A program made the translations under genes and the position numbers. The notes under the pieces were generated by a model. The model saw only the letters and a list, made by a program, of their open reading frames with translations. It did no database searches and had not been told where the DNA came from. Shown piece after piece: positions 29,001 to 47,000 of a stretch of 64,000 nucleotides of DNA. The DNA is from Eledone cirrhosa (taxonomy: Eukaryota), in contig OZ024741.1 in NCBI GenBank assembly GCA_964016885.1, forward strand, positions 6,820,001 through 6,884,000, given 5' to 3'. Each line of letters opens with the position of its first letter. Positions within the stretch are counted from its first letter, which is position 1.

Positions 29001-32000
29001 CTGGCTATATAACATACCTCCTGGCTATATAACATACTTCCTGGCTATATCACATACCTCCTAGCTATATAACATTCCTCCTGGCTATATAACATACCTA
29101 CTGGTTATGTAACATACCTACTGGCTATATAACATACCTACTGGCTATATAAAGTACCTCCTGGCTATATAACATACCTACTGGTTATATAACATACCTA
29201 CTGGGTATATAACATACCACCTAGCTATATAACATACCTCCTACCTATATAACATACCTTCTGGTTATATAACATAACTCCTGGCTATATAACACACCTA
29301 CTGGTTATATAAATTACCTCCTGGCTATATAACATACTTCCTGGCTATATCACATACCTCTTAGCTATATAACATTCCTCCTGGCTATATAACATACCTA
29401 CTGGCTATATAACATACCTACTGGCTATATAATATAACATACCTACTGGCTATATAACATACCTACTGGTTATATATCATACCTACTGGCTATATAACAT
29501 ACCTACTGTCTATATAACCTACCTACTGGCTATATAACATACCTCCTGGTTATATAACATACTTCCTGGTTATATCACATACCTCCTAGCTATATAACAT
29601 ACCTACTGTCTATATAACATACCTACTGGCTATATAACATACCTCCTGGCTATATAACATACTTCCTGGCTACATCACATACCTCCTAGCTATATAACAT
29701 TCCTCCTGGCTATATAACATACCTACTGGTTATATAACGTACCTACTGGCTATATAACATACCTACTGGCTATATAAATTACCTCCTGGCTATATAACAT
29801 ACCTACTGGTTATATAACATTCCTACTGGTTATATAACATACCACCTAGATATATAACATACCTCCTACCTATATAACATACCTTCTGGTTATATAACAT
29901 ACCTCCTGGCTATATAACATACCTACTGGTTATATAACATACCTCCTGGTTATATAACATACCTCCTAGCTATATAACATATCTTCTGGTTATATAACAT
30001 GCCTCCTGGTTATATAACATACCTACTGGCTATATAACATACCTCCTGGCTATATAACATACCTACTGGCTATATAACATACCTCCTGGCTATATAACTT
30101 ACCTCCTAGCTATATAACATACCTTCTTGTTATATAACATACCTCCTGGCTATATAACATACCTCCTAGCTATATAACACACCTTCTGGTTATATAACAT
30201 GCCTCCTGGTTATATAACATACCTACTGGCTATATAACATACCTCCTGGCTATATAACATACCTACCGGCTATATAACATACCTTCTGGCTATATACCTT
30301 ACCTCCTAGCTATATAACATACCTACTGGTCATATAACATACCTACTAGTTATATAACATACCTACTGGCTATATAACATACCTCCTAGCTATATAACAT
30401 ACCTCCTAGCTATATAACATACCTTCTGGTTATATAACATAACTACTGGTTATATAACACACCTCCTAGCTATATAACATACCTTCTGGTTATATAACAT
30501 ACCTTCTGGTTATATAACATACCTCCAGGCTATATAACATACCTACTGGCTATATAAATTACCTCCTGGCTATATAACATACTTCCTGGCTATATCACAT
30601 ACCTCCTAGCTATATAACATTCCTCCTGGCTATATAACATACCTACTGGTTATATAACATAGCTACTGGCTATATAATATAACATACCTACTGGCTATAT
30701 AACATACCTACTGGTTATATAACATACCTACCGGCTATATAACATACCTACCGGCTATATAACATACCTACTGTCTATATAACATACCTACCGGCTATAT
30801 AACAAACCTTCTGGCTATATAACTTACCTCCTGGCTATATAACATACCTACTGGTTATATAACATACCTACTGGCTATATAACATACCTTCTGGCTATAT
30901 AACTTACCTCCTGGCTATATAACATACCTACTGGTTATATAACATATATACTGGCTATATAACTTACCTACTGGTTATATAACATACCTACTGGCTATAT
31001 AACATACCTACTGGTTATATAACATACCTACTGGCTATATAACATACCTACTGGTTATATAACATACCTACTACCTATATAACATACCTACTGGCTATAT
31101 AACATACCTACTGGCTATATAACATACCTACTGGTTATATAACATACCTTCTGGCTATATAAATTACCTCTTGGCTATATAACATACCTACTGGTTATAT
31201 AACATACCTACTGGCTATATAACATACCTACTGGCTATATAACATACCTCCTGGCTATATAAAATACCTTCTGGCTATATAACATACCTCCTAGCTATAT
31301 AACATACCTCCTGGCTATATAACATACCTACTGGTTATATAACATACCTCATAGCTATATAACATACTTTCTGGTTATATAACATAACTACTGGTTATAT
31401 AACATACCTCCTAGCTATATAACATACCTTCTGGATATAAAACATACCTTCTGGTTATATAACATACCTCCTAGCTATATAACATTCCTCCTGGCTATAT
31501 AACATACCTACTGGTTATATAACATACCTACTGGCTATATAACATACCTACTGGCTATATAAATTACCTCCTGGCTATATAACATACCTACTAGTTATAT
31601 AACATTCCTACTGGTTATATAACATACCACATAGCTATATAACATACCTCCTACCTATATAACATACCTTCTGGTTATATAACATACCTCCTGGCTATAT
31701 AACATACCTACTGGTTATATAACATACCTACTGTCTATATAATATAACATACCTACTGGCTATATAACATACCTACTGGTTATATAACATACCTTCTGGC
31801 TATATAACATACCTACTGTCTATATAACATACCTACTGGCTATATAACATACCTCCTGGCTATATAACATACTTCCTGGCTATATCACATACATCCTAGC
31901 TATATAACATTCCTCCTGGCTATATAACATACCTACTGGTTATATAACATACCTACTGTCTATATAACATACCTACTGGCTATATAACATACCTCCTGGC

Positions 32001-35000
32001 TATATAACATACTTCCTGGCTATATCACATACCTCCTAGCTATATAACATTCCTCCTGGCTATATAACATACCTACTTGTTATATAACATACCTACTGGC
32101 TATATAACATACCTACTGGCTATATAAATTACCTCCTGGCTATATAACATACCTACTAGTTATATAACATTCCTACTGGTTATATAACATACCACATAGC
32201 TATATAACATACCTCCTACCTATATAACATACCTTCTGGTTATATAACATACCTCCTGGCTATATAACATACCTACTGGTTATATAACGTACCTCCTGGT
32301 TATATAACATACCTCCTAGCTATATAACATACCTTCTGGTTATATAACATGCCTCCTGGTTATATAACATACCTACTGGCTATATAACATACCTCCTGGC
32401 TATATAACATACCTACTGGCTATATAACTTACCTCCTGGCTATATAACATACCTACTGGCTATATAACATACCTACTGGTTATATAACATACCTACTGGC
32501 TATATAACATACCTACTGGTTATATAACATACCTACTACCTATATAACATACCTACTGGCTATATAACATACCTACTGGCTATATAACATACCTACTGGT
32601 TATATAACATACCTTCTGGCTATATAAATTACCTCTTGGCTATATAACATACCTACTGGTTATATAACATACCTACTGGCTATATAACATACCTACTGGC
32701 TATATAACATACCTCCTGGCTATATAACATACCTTCTGGCTATATAACATACCCCCTAGCTATATAACATACCTCCTGGCTATATAACATACCTACTGGT
32801 TATATAACATACCTCCTAGCTATATAACATACTTTCTGGTTATATAACATAACTACTGGTTATATAACATACCTCCTAGCTATATAACATACCTTCTGGT
32901 TATAAAACATACCTTTTGGTTATATAACATACCTCCTAGCTATATAACATACCTTCTGGTTATATAACATACCTACTGGTTATATAACATATATACTGGC
33001 TATATACCTTGCCTACTGGTTATATAACATACCTCCTAGCTATATAACATACCATCTGGTTATATAACATACCTAATGTTTATATATCATACCTCCTAGC
33101 TATATAACATACCTCCTGGCTATATAACATACATTCTGGCTATATAACATACCTCCTAGCTATATAACATACCTTCTGGTTATATAACATAACTACTGTT
33201 TATATAACATACCTCCTAGCTATATAACATACATCCTGGCTATATAAACTACCTCCTGGCTATATAACATATCTACTGGTTATATAACATACCTCCTAGT
33301 TATATAACTTACCTCCTGGCTATATAACATACCTACTTGTTATATAACATACCTCCTAGCTATATAACATACTTTCTGGTTATATAACATACCTCCTGGC
33401 TATATAACATACCTACTGGCTATATAAATTACCCCCTGGCTATATAACATACTTCCTGGCTATATCATATACCTCCTAGCTATATAACTTTCCTCCTGGC
33501 TATATAACATACCTACTGGTTATATAACATACCTACTGGCTATATAACATACCTACTGTCTATATAACATACCTACTGGCTATATAACATAACTCCTGGC
33601 TATATAACATACTTCCTTGCTATATCACATACCTCCTAGCTATATAACATTCCTCCTGGCAATATAACATACCTACTGGTTATATAACATACCTACTGTC
33701 TATATAACATACCTACTGGCTATATAACATACCTCCTGGCTATATAACATACTTCCTGGCTATATCACATACCTCCTAGCGATATAACATTCCTCCTGGC
33801 TATATAACATACCTACTGGTTATGTAACATACCTACTGGCTATATAACATACCTACTGGCTATATAAAGTACCTCCTGGCTATATAACATACCTACTGGT
33901 TATATAACATACCTACTGGGTATATAACATACCACCTAGCTATATAACATACCTCCTACCTATATAACATACCTTCTGGTTATATAACATAACTCCTGGC
34001 TATATAACACACCTACTGGTTATATAAATTACCTCCTGGCTATATAACATACTTCCTGGCTATATCACATACCTCTTAGCTATATAACATTCCTCCTGGC
34101 TATATAACATACCTACTGGTTATATAACATACCTACTGGCTATATAATATAACATACCTACTGGCTATATAACATACCTACTGGTTATATATCATACCTA
34201 CTGGCTATATAACATACCTACTGTCTATATAACCTACCTACTGGCTATATAACATACCTCCTGGTTATATAACATACTTCCTGGTTATATCACATACCTC
34301 CTAGCTATATAACATACCTACTGTCTATATAACATACCTACTGGCTATATAACATACCTCCTGGCTATATAACATACTTCCTGGCTACATCACATACCTC
34401 CTAGCTATATAACATTCCTCCTGGCTATATAACATACCTACTGGTTATATAACGTACCTACTGGCTATATAACATACCTACTGGCTATATAAATTACCTC
34501 CTGGCTATATAACATACCTACTGGTTATATAACATTCCTACTGGTTATATAACATACCACCTAGATATATAACATACCTCCTACCTATATAACATACCTT
34601 CTGGTTATATAACATACCTCCTGGCTATATAACATACCTACTGGTTATATAACATACCTCCTGGTTATATAACATACCTCCTAGCTATATAACATATCTT
34701 CTGGTTATATAACATGCCTCCTGGTTATATAACATACCTACTGACTATATAACATACCTCCTGGCTATATAACATACCTACTGGCTATATAACATACCTC
34801 CTGGCTATATAACTTACCTCCTAGCTATATAACATACCTTCTTGTTATATAACATACCTCCTGGCTATATAACATACCTCCTAGCTATATAACACACCTT
34901 CTGGTTATATAACATGCCTCCTGGTTATATAACATACCTACTGGCTATATAACATACCTCCTGGCTATTTAACATACCTACTGGCTATATAACATACCTC

Positions 35001-38000
35001 CTGGTTATATAACATACCTACCGGCTATATAACATACCTTCTGGCTATATACCTTACCTCCTAGCTATATAACATACCTTCTGGTTATATAACATACCTC
35101 CTGGCTATATAAGATACCTACTGGCTATATAACATACCTACTGGCTATATAACATACCTCCTGGCTATATAACATACCTACTGGTCATATAACATACCTA
35201 CTAGTTATATAACATACCTACTGGCTATATAACATACCTCCTAGCTATATAACATACCTCCTAGCTATATAACATACCTTCTGGTTATATAACATAACTA
35301 CTGGTTATATAACACACCTCCTAGCTATATAACATACCTTCTGGTTATATAACATACCTTCTGGTTATATAACATACCTCCAGGCTATATAACATACCTA
35401 CTGGCTATATAAATTACCTCCTGGCTATATAACATACTTCCTGGCTATATCACATACCTCCTAGCTATATAACATTCCTCCTGGCTATATAACATACCTA
35501 CTGGTTATATAACATAGCTACTGGCTATATAATATAACATACCTACTGGCTATATAACATACCTACTGGTTATATAACATACCTACCGGCTATATAACAT
35601 ACCTACTGTCTATATAACATACCTACTGGCTATATAACATACCTCCTGGCTATATAACATACTTCCTGGCTATATCACATACCTCCTAGCTATATAACAT
35701 TCCTCCTGGCTATATAACATACCTACTGGTTATATAACATACCTACTGTCTATATAACATACCTACTGGCTATATAACATACCTCCTGGCTATATAACAT
35801 ACTTCCTGGCTATATCACATACCTCCTAGCTATATAACATTCCTCCTGGCTATATAACATACCTACTGGTTATATAACATACCTACTGGCTATATAACAT
35901 ACCTACTGGCTATATAAATTACCTCCTGGCTATATAACATACCTACTAGTTATATAACATTCCTACTGGTTATATAACATACCACATAGCTATATAACAT
36001 ACCTCCTACCTATATAACATACCTTCTGGTTATATAACATACCTCCTGGCTATATAACATACCTACTGGTTATATAACATACCTCCTGGTTATATAACAT
36101 ACCTCCTAGCTATATAACATACCTTCTGGTTATATAACATGCCTCCTGGTTATATAACATACCTACTGGCTATATAACATACCAGCTGGCTATATAACAT
36201 ACCTACTGGCTATATAACATACCTACTGGCTATATAACATACCTACCGGCTATATAACATACCCTCTGGTTATATAACTTACCTACTAGCTATATAACGT
36301 AACTTCAGGTTATATAACATACCTCCTGGCTATATAACATACCTACTGGCTATATAACATACCTACTGGTTATATAAGATACCTACTGGCTATATAACAT
36401 ACCACCTGGCTATATAACATACCTCCTGGCTATATAACATACCTACTCGCTATATAACATACCTACCGGCTATATAACATACCTTCTGGCTATATAACTT
36501 ACCTACTGGTTATATAACATACCTCCTAGCTATATAACATACCTCCTGGCTATATAACATACCTTCTGGCTATATAAGATACCTCCTAGCTATATAACAT
36601 ACCTTCTTGTTATATAACATAACTACTGTTTATATAACATAACTCCTAGCTATATAACATACATCCTGGCTATATAACATACCTCCTGGCTATATAACAT
36701 ATCTACTGCTTATATAACATACCTACTGGTTATATAACATACCTACTGGCTATATAACATACCTCCTGGCTATATAACATACCTTCTGGCTATATAACAT
36801 ACCCCCTAGCTATATAACATACCTCCTGGCTATATAACATACCAACTGGATATATAACATACCTCCTAGCTATATAACATACTTTCTGGTTATATAACAT
36901 AACTACTGGTTATATAACATACCTCCTAGCTATATAACATACCTTCTGGTTATAAAACATACCTTTTGGTTATATAACATACCTCCTAGCTATATAACAT
37001 ACCTTCTGGTTATATAACATACCTACTGGTTATATAACATATATACTGGCTATATACCTTACCTACTGGTTATATAACATACCTCCTAGCTATATAACAT
37101 ACCATCTGGTTATATAACATACCTAATGTTTATATATCATACCTCCTAGCTATATAACATACCTCCTGGCTATATAACATACATTCTGGCTATATAACAT
37201 ACCTCCTAGCTATATAACATACCTTCTGGTTATATAACATAACTACTGTTTATATAACATACCTCCTAGCTATATAACATACATCCTGGCTATATAAACT
37301 ACCTCCTGGCTATATAACATATCTACTGGTTATATAACATACCTACTGGTTATATAACATACCTACTGGCTATATAACATATCTACTGGCTATATAACAT
37401 ACCTCCTGGCTATATAACATACCTTCTGGCTATATAACATACCTCCTAGTTATATAACTTACCTCCTGGCTATATAACATACCTACTGGTTATATAACAT
37501 ACCTCCTAGCTATATAACATACTTTCTGGTTATATAACATACCTCCTGGCTATATAACATACCTACTGGCTATATAAATTACCCCCTGGCTATATAACAT
37601 ACTTCCTGGCTATATCATATACCTCCTAGCTATATAACATTCCTCCTGGCTGTATAACATGCCTACTGGTTATATAACATACCTACTGGCTATATAACAT
37701 ACCTACTGTCTATATAACATACCTACTGGCTATATAACATAACTCCTGGCTATATAACATACTTCCTTGCTATATCACATACCTCCTAGCTATATAACAT
37801 TCCTCCTGGCAATATAACATACCTACTGGTTATATAACATACCTACTGTCTATATAACATACCTACTGGCTATATAACATACCTCCTGGCTATATAACAT
37901 ACTTCCTGGCTATATAACATACCTACTGGTTATATAACATACCTACTGGCTATATAACATACCTACTGGCTATATAAAGTACCTCCTGGCTATATAACAT

Positions 38001-41000
38001 ACCTACTGGTTATATAACATACCTACTGGGTATATAACATACCACCTAGCTATATAACATACCTCCTACCTATATAACATACCTTCTGGTTATATAACAT
38101 AACTCCTGGCTATATAACACACCTACTGGTTATATAAATTACCTCCTGGCTATATAACATACTTCCTGGCTATATCACATACCTCTTAGCTATATAACAT
38201 TCCTCCTGGCTATATAACATACCTACTGGTTATATAACATACCTACTGGCTATATAATATAACATACCTACTGGCTATATAACATACCTACTGGTTATAT
38301 ATCATACCTACTGGCTATATAACATACCTACTGTCTATATAACCTACCTACTGGCTATATAACATACCTCCTGGTTATATAACATACTTCCTGGCTATAT
38401 CACATACCTCCTAGCTATATAACATTCCTCCTGGCTATATAACATACCTACTGGTTATATAACATACCTACTGTCTATATAACATACCTACTGGCTATAT
38501 AACATACTTCCTGGCTATATAACATACTTCCTGGCTACATCACATACCTCCTAGCTATATAACATTCCTCCTGGCTATATAACATACCTACTGGTTATAT
38601 AACGTACCTACTGGCTATATAACATACCTACTGGCTATATAAATTACCTCCTGGCTATATAACATACCTACTGGTTATATAACATTCCTACTGGTTATAT
38701 AACATACCACCTAGATATATAACATACCTCCTACCTATATAACATACCTTCTGGTTATATAACATACCTCCTGGCTATATAACATACCTACTGGTTATAT
38801 AACATACCTCCTGGTTATATAACATACCTCCTAGCTATATAACATATCTTCTGGTTATATAACATGCCTCCTGGTTATATAACATACCTCCTGGCTATAT
38901 AACATACCTACTGGCTATATAACATACCTCCTGGCTATATAACTTACCTCCTAGCTATATAACATACCTTCTTGTTATATAACATACCTCCTGGCTATAT
39001 AACATACCTCCTAGCTATATAACACACCTTCTGGTTATATAACATGCCTCCTGGTTATATAACATACCTACTGGCTATATAACATACCTCCTGGCTATAT
39101 AACATAACTACTGGCTATATAACATATCTCCTGGCTATATAACATACCTACCGGCTATATAACATACCTTCTGGCTATATACCTTACCTCCTAGCTATAT
39201 AACATACCTTCTGGTTATATAACATACCTCCTGGCTATATAAGATACCTACTGGCTATATAACATACCTACTGGCTATATAACATACCTCCTGGCTATAT
39301 AACATACCTACTGGTTATATAACATACCTACTGGTTATATAACATACCTACTGGCTATATAACATACCTCCTAGCTATATAACATACCTCCTGGCTATAT
39401 AACATACCTACTGGTTATATAACATACCTCCTAGCTATATAACATACCTTCTGGTTATATAACATAACTACTGGTTATATAACACACCTCCTAGCTATAT
39501 AACATACCTTCTGGTTATATAACATACCTTCTGGTTATATAACATACCTCCAGGCTATATAACATACCTACTGGCTATATAAATTACCTCCTGGCTATAT
39601 AACATACTTCCTGGCTATATCACATACCTCCTAGCTATATAACATTCCTCCTGGCTATATAACATACCTACTGGTTATATAACATAGCTACTGGCTATAT
39701 AATATAACATACCTACTGGCTATATAACATACCTACTGGTTATATAACATACCTACTGGCTATATAACATACCTACTGTCTATATAACATACCTACTGGC
39801 TATATAACATACCTCCTGGCTATATAACATACTTCCTGGCTATATCACATACCTCTTAGCTATATAACATTCCTCATGGCTATATAACATACCTACTGGT
39901 TATATAACATACCTACTGTCTATATAACATACCTACTGGCTATATAACATACCTCCTGGCTATATAACATACTTCCTGGCTATATCACATACCTCCTAGC
40001 TATATAACATTCCTCCTGGCTATATAACATACCTACTGGTTATATAACATACCTACTGGCTATATAACATACCTACTGGCTATATAAATTACCTCCTGGC
40101 TATATAACATACCTACTAGTTATATAACATTCCTACTGGTTATATAACATACCACATAGCTATATAACATACCTCCTACCTATATAACATACCTTCTGGT
40201 TATATAACATACCTCCTGGCTATATAACATACCTACTGGTTATATAACATACCTCCTGGTTATATAACATACCTCCTAGCTATATAACATACCTTCTGGT
40301 TATATAACATGCCTCCTGGTTATATAACATACCTCCTGGCTATATAACATACCTACTGGCTATATAACATACCTACTGGTTATATAAGATACCTACTGGC
40401 TATATAACATACCACTTGGCTATATAACATACCTCCTGGCTATATAACATACCTACTCGCTATATAACATAACTACCGGCTATATAACATACCTTCTGGC
40501 TATATAACTTACCTACTGGTTATATAACATACCTCCTAGCTATATAACATACCTCCTGGCTATATAACATACCTTCTGGCTATATAACATACCTCCTAGC
40601 TATATAACATACCTTCTGGTTATATAACATAACTACTGTTTATATAACATAACTCCTAGCTATATAACATACATCCTGGCTATATAACATACCTCCTGGC
40701 TATATAACATATCTACTGCTTATATAACATACCTACTGGTTATATAACATACCTACTGGCTATATAACATAACTACTGGCTATATAACATACCTCCTGGC
40801 TATATAACATACCTTTTGGCTATATAACATACCTCCTAGCTATATAACTTACCTCCTGGCTATATAACATACCTACTGGTTATATAACATAACTCCTAGC
40901 TATATAACATACTTTCTGGTTATATAACATACCTCCTGGTTATATAACATACCTACTGGATATATAAATTACCCCCTGGCTATATAACATACATCCTGGC

Positions 41001-44000
41001 TATATCATATACCTCCTAGCTATATAACATACCTCCTGGCTATATAACATACTTCCTTGCTATATCACATACCTCCTAGCTATATAACATTCCTCCTGGC
41101 AATATAACATACCTACTGGTTATATAACATACCTACTGTCTATATAACATACCTACTGGCTATATAACATACCTCCTGGCTATATAACATACTTCCTGGC
41201 TATATCACATACCTCCTAGCTATATAACATTCCTCCTGGCTATATAACATACCTACTGGTTATATAACATACCTACTGGCTATATAACATACCTACTGGC
41301 TATATAAATTACCTCCTGGCTATATAACATACCTACTGGTTATATAACATACCTACTGGATATATAACATACCACCTAGCTATATAACATACCTCCTCCC
41401 TATATAACATACCTTGTGGTTATATAACATAACTCCTGGCTATATAACATACCTACTGGTTATATAACATACCTCCTGGTTATATAACATACCTCCTAGC
41501 TATATAACATACCTTTTGGTTATATAACATGCCTCGTGGTTATATAACATACCTACTGGCTATATAACTTTCCTCCTGGCTATATAACATACCTACTGGC
41601 TATATATCATACCTCCTGGCTATATAACATACCTACCGGCTGTATAACATACCTTCTGGATATATAACTTACCTCCTAGCTATATAACATACCTTCTGGT
41701 TATATAACATACCTCCTGGCTATATAAGATAACTACTGGCTATATAACATACCTACTGGTTATATAACATACCTACTGGCTATATAACATACCTACTGGC
41801 TATATAAATTACCTCCTGGCTATATAACATACCTACTGGTTATATAACATTCCTACTGGTTATATAACATACCACCTAGCTATATAACATACCTCTTACC
41901 TATATAACATACCTTCTGGTTATATAACATACCTCCTGGCTATATAACATACCTACTGGTTATATAACATACCTCCTGGTTATATAACATACCTCCTAGC
42001 TATATAACATATCTTCTGGTTATATAACATGCCTCCTGGTTATATAACATACCTACTGGCTATATAACATACCTCCTGGCTATATAACATACCTACTGGC
42101 TATATAACATACCTCCTGGCTATATAACATACCTACCGGCTATATAACATACCTTCTGGCTATATAACTTACCTCCTAGCTATATAACATACCTTCTTGT
42201 TATATAACATACCTCCTGGCTATATAACATACCTCCTAGCTATATAACATACCTTCTGGTTATATAACATGCCTCCTGGTTATATAACATACCTCTGGCT
42301 ATATAACATACCTCCTGGCTATATAACATACCTACTGGCTATATAACTTACCTCCTGGCTATATAACATACCTTCTGGCTATATAACTTACCTCCTAGCT
42401 ATATAACATACCTTCTGGTTATATAACATACCTCCTGGCTATATAAGATACCTACTGGCTATATAACATACCTACTGGCTATATAACATACCTCCTGGCT
42501 ATATAACATACCTACTGGTTATATAACATACCTACTGGTTATATAACATACCTACTGGCTATATAACATACCTCCTAGCTATATAACATACCTCCTGGCT
42601 ATATAACATACCTACTGGTTATATAACATACATCCTAGCTATATAACATACCTTCTGGTTATATAACATAACTACTGGTTATATAACACACCTCCTAGCT
42701 ATATAACATACCTTCTGGTTATATAACATACCTTCTGGTTATATAACATACCTCCAGGCTATATAACATACCTACTGGCTATATAAATTACCTCCTGGCT
42801 ATATAACATACTTCCTGGCTATATCACATACCTCCTAGCTATATAACATTCCTCCTTGCTATATAACATACCTACTGGTTATATAACATACCTACTGGCT
42901 ATATAATATAACATACCTACTGGCTATATAACATACCTACTGGTTATATAACATACTTACTGTCTATATAACATACCTACTGTCTATATAACATACCTAC
43001 TGGCAATATAACATACCTCCTGGCTATATAACATATTTCCTGGCTATATCACATACTTCCTAGCTATTTAACATTCCTCCTGGCTATATAACATACCTAC
43101 TAGTTATATAACATTCCTACTGGTTATATAACATACCACATAGCTATATAACATACCTCCTACCTATATAACATACCTTCTGGTTATATAACATACCTCC
43201 TGGCTATATAACATACCTACTGGTTATATAACGTACCTCCTGGTTATATAACATACCTCCTAGCTATATAACATACCTTCTGGTTATATAACATGCCTCC
43301 TGGTTATATAACATACCTACTGGCTATATAACATACCTCCTGGCTATATAACATACCTACTGGCTATATAACATACCTCCTGGCTATATAACATACCTAC
43401 CGGCTATATAACATACCTTCTGGCTATATAACTTACCTCCTGGCTATATAACATACCTACTGGTTATATAACATACCTACTGGCTATATAACATACCTTC
43501 TGGCTATATAACTTAACTCCTGGCTATATAACATACCTACTGGTTATATAACATATATACTGGCTATATAACTTACCTACTGGTTATATAACATACCTAC
43601 TGGCTATATAACATACCTACTGGTTATATAACATACCTACTGGCTATATAACATATCTACTGGTTATATAACATACCTACTACCTATATAACATACCTAC
43701 TGGCTATATAACATACCTACTGGCTATATAACATACCTACTGGTTATATAACATACCTTCTGGCTATATAAATTACCTCTTGGCTATATAACATACCTAC
43801 TGGTTATATAACATACCTACTGGCTATATAACATACCTACTGGCTATATAACATACCTCCTGGCTATATAACATACCTTCTGGCTATATAACATACCCCC
43901 CCTAGCTATATAACATACCTCCTAGCTATATAACATACCTTCTGGTTATAAAACATACCTTTTGGTTATATAACATACCTCCTAGCTATATAACATACCT

Positions 44001-47000
44001 TCTGGTTATATAACATACCTACTGGTTATATAACATATATACTGGCTATATACCTTACCTACTGGTTATATAACATACCTCCTAGCTATATAACATACCA
44101 TCTGGTTATATAACATACCTAATGTTTATATATCATACCTCCTAGCTATATAACATACCTCCTGGCTATATAACATACATTCTGGCTATATAACATACCT
44201 CCTAGCTATATAACATACCTTCTGGTTATATAACATACCTCCTGGCTATATAACATACCTACTGGTTATATAACATACCTCCTAGCTATATAACATACTT
44301 TCTGGTTATATAACATACCTCCTGGCTATATAACATACCTACTGGATATATAAATTACCCCCTGGCTATATAACATACATTCTGGCTATATCATATACCT
44401 CCTAGCTATATAACATACCTCCTGGCTATATAACATATCTACTGGTTATATAACATACCTACTGGTTATATAACATACCTACTGGCTATATAACATAACT
44501 ACTGGCTATATAACATACCTCCTGGCTATATAACATACTTCCTGGCTATATCATATAACTCCTAGCTATATAACATTCCTCCTGGCTATATAACATACCT
44601 ACTGGTTATATAACATACCTACTGGCTATATAACATACCTACTGTCTATATAACATACCTACTGGCTATATAACATAACTCCTGGCTATATAACATACTT
44701 CCTTGCTATATCACATACCTCCTAGCTATATAACATTCCTCCTGGCAATATAACATACCTACTGGTTATATAACATACCTACTGTCTATATAACATACCT
44801 ACTGGCTATATAACATACCTCCTGGCTATATAACATACTTCCTGGCTATATCACATACCTCCTAGCTATACAACATTCCTCCTGGCTATATAACATACCT
44901 ACTGGTTATATAACATAACTACTGGCTATATAACATACCTACTGGCTATATAAATTACCTCCTGGCTATATAACATACCTACTGGTTATATAACATACCT
45001 ACTGGGTATATAACATACCACCTAGCTATATAACATACCTGCTACCTATATAACATATCTTCTGGTTATATAACATAACTCCTGGCTATATAACACACCT
45101 ACTGGTTATATAAATTACCTCCTGGCTATATAACATACTTCCTGGCTATATCACATACCTCTTAGCTATATAACATTCCTCCTGGCTATATAACATACCT
45201 ACTGGTTATATAACATACCTACTGGCTATATAACATACCTACTGGCTATATAAATTACCTCCTGGCTATATAACATACCTACTGGTTATATAACATTCCT
45301 ACTGGTTATATAACATACCACCTAGCTATATAACATACCTCCTACCTATATAACATACCTTCTGGTTATATAACATACCTCCTGGCTATATAACATACCT
45401 ACTGGTTATATAACATACCTCCTGGTTATATAACATACCTCCTACCTATATAACATATCTTCTGGTTATATAACATGCCTCCTGGTTATATAACATACCT
45501 ACTGGCTATATAACATACCTCCTGGCTATATAACATACCTACTGGCTATATAACATACCTCCTGGCTATATAAATTACCTACCGGCTATATAACATACCT
45601 TCTGGCTATATAACTTACCTCCTAGCTATATAACATACCTTCTTGTTATATAATATACCTCCTGGCTATATAACATACCTCCTAGCTATATAACATACCT
45701 TCTGGTTATATAACATGCCTCCTGGTTATATAACATACCTACTGGCTATATAACATACCTCCTGGCTATATAACATACCTACTGGCTATATAACATACCT
45801 CCTGGCTATATAACATACCTACCGGCTATATAACATACGTTCTGGCTATATAACTTACCTCCTAGCTGTATAACATACCTTCTGGTTATATAACATACCT
45901 CCTGGCTATATAAGATACCTACTGGCTATATAACATACCTACTGGCTATATAACATACCTCCTGGCTATATAACATACCTACTGGTTATATAACATACCT
46001 ACTGGCTATATAACATACCTCCTGGCTATATAACATACTTCCTGGCTATATCACATACCTACTAGCTATATAACATTCCTCCTGGCTATATAACATACCT
46101 ACTGGTTATATAACATACCTACTGGCTATATAATATAACATACCTACTGGCTATATAACATACCTACTGGTTATATAACATACCTACTGGCTCTATAACA
46201 TACCTACTGTCTATATAACATACCTACTGGCTATATAACATACCTCCTGGCTATATAACATACTTCCTGGCTATATCACATACCTCCTAGCTATATAACA
46301 TTGGTCCTGGCTATATAACATACCTACTGGTTATATAACATACTTACTGGCTATATAACATACCTACTGGCTATATAAATTACCTCCTGGCTATATAACA
46401 TACCTACTAGTTATATAACATTCCTACTGGTTATATAACATACCACATAGCTATATAACATACCTCCTACCTATATAACATACCTTCTGGTTATATAACA
46501 TACCTCCTGGCTATATAACATACCTACTGGTTATATAACATACCTCCTGGCTATGTAACATACCTACTGGCTATATAACATACCTCCTGGCTATATAACA
46601 TACCTACCGGCTATATAACAAACCTTCTGGCTATATAACTTACCTCCTGGCTATATAACATACCTACTGGTTATATAACATATATACTGGCTATATAACT
46701 TACCTACTGGTTATATAACATACCTACTGGCTATATAACATACCTACTGGTTATATAACATACCTACTGGCTATATAACATACCTACTGGTTATATAACA
46801 TACCTACTACCTATATAACATACCTACTGGCTATATAACATACCTACTGGCTATATAACATACCTACTGGTTATATAACATACCTTCTGGCTATATAAAT
46901 TACAACTTGGCTATATAACATACCCACTGGTTATATAACATACCTACTGGCTATATAACATACCTACTGGCTATATAACATACCTCCTGGCTATATAAAA

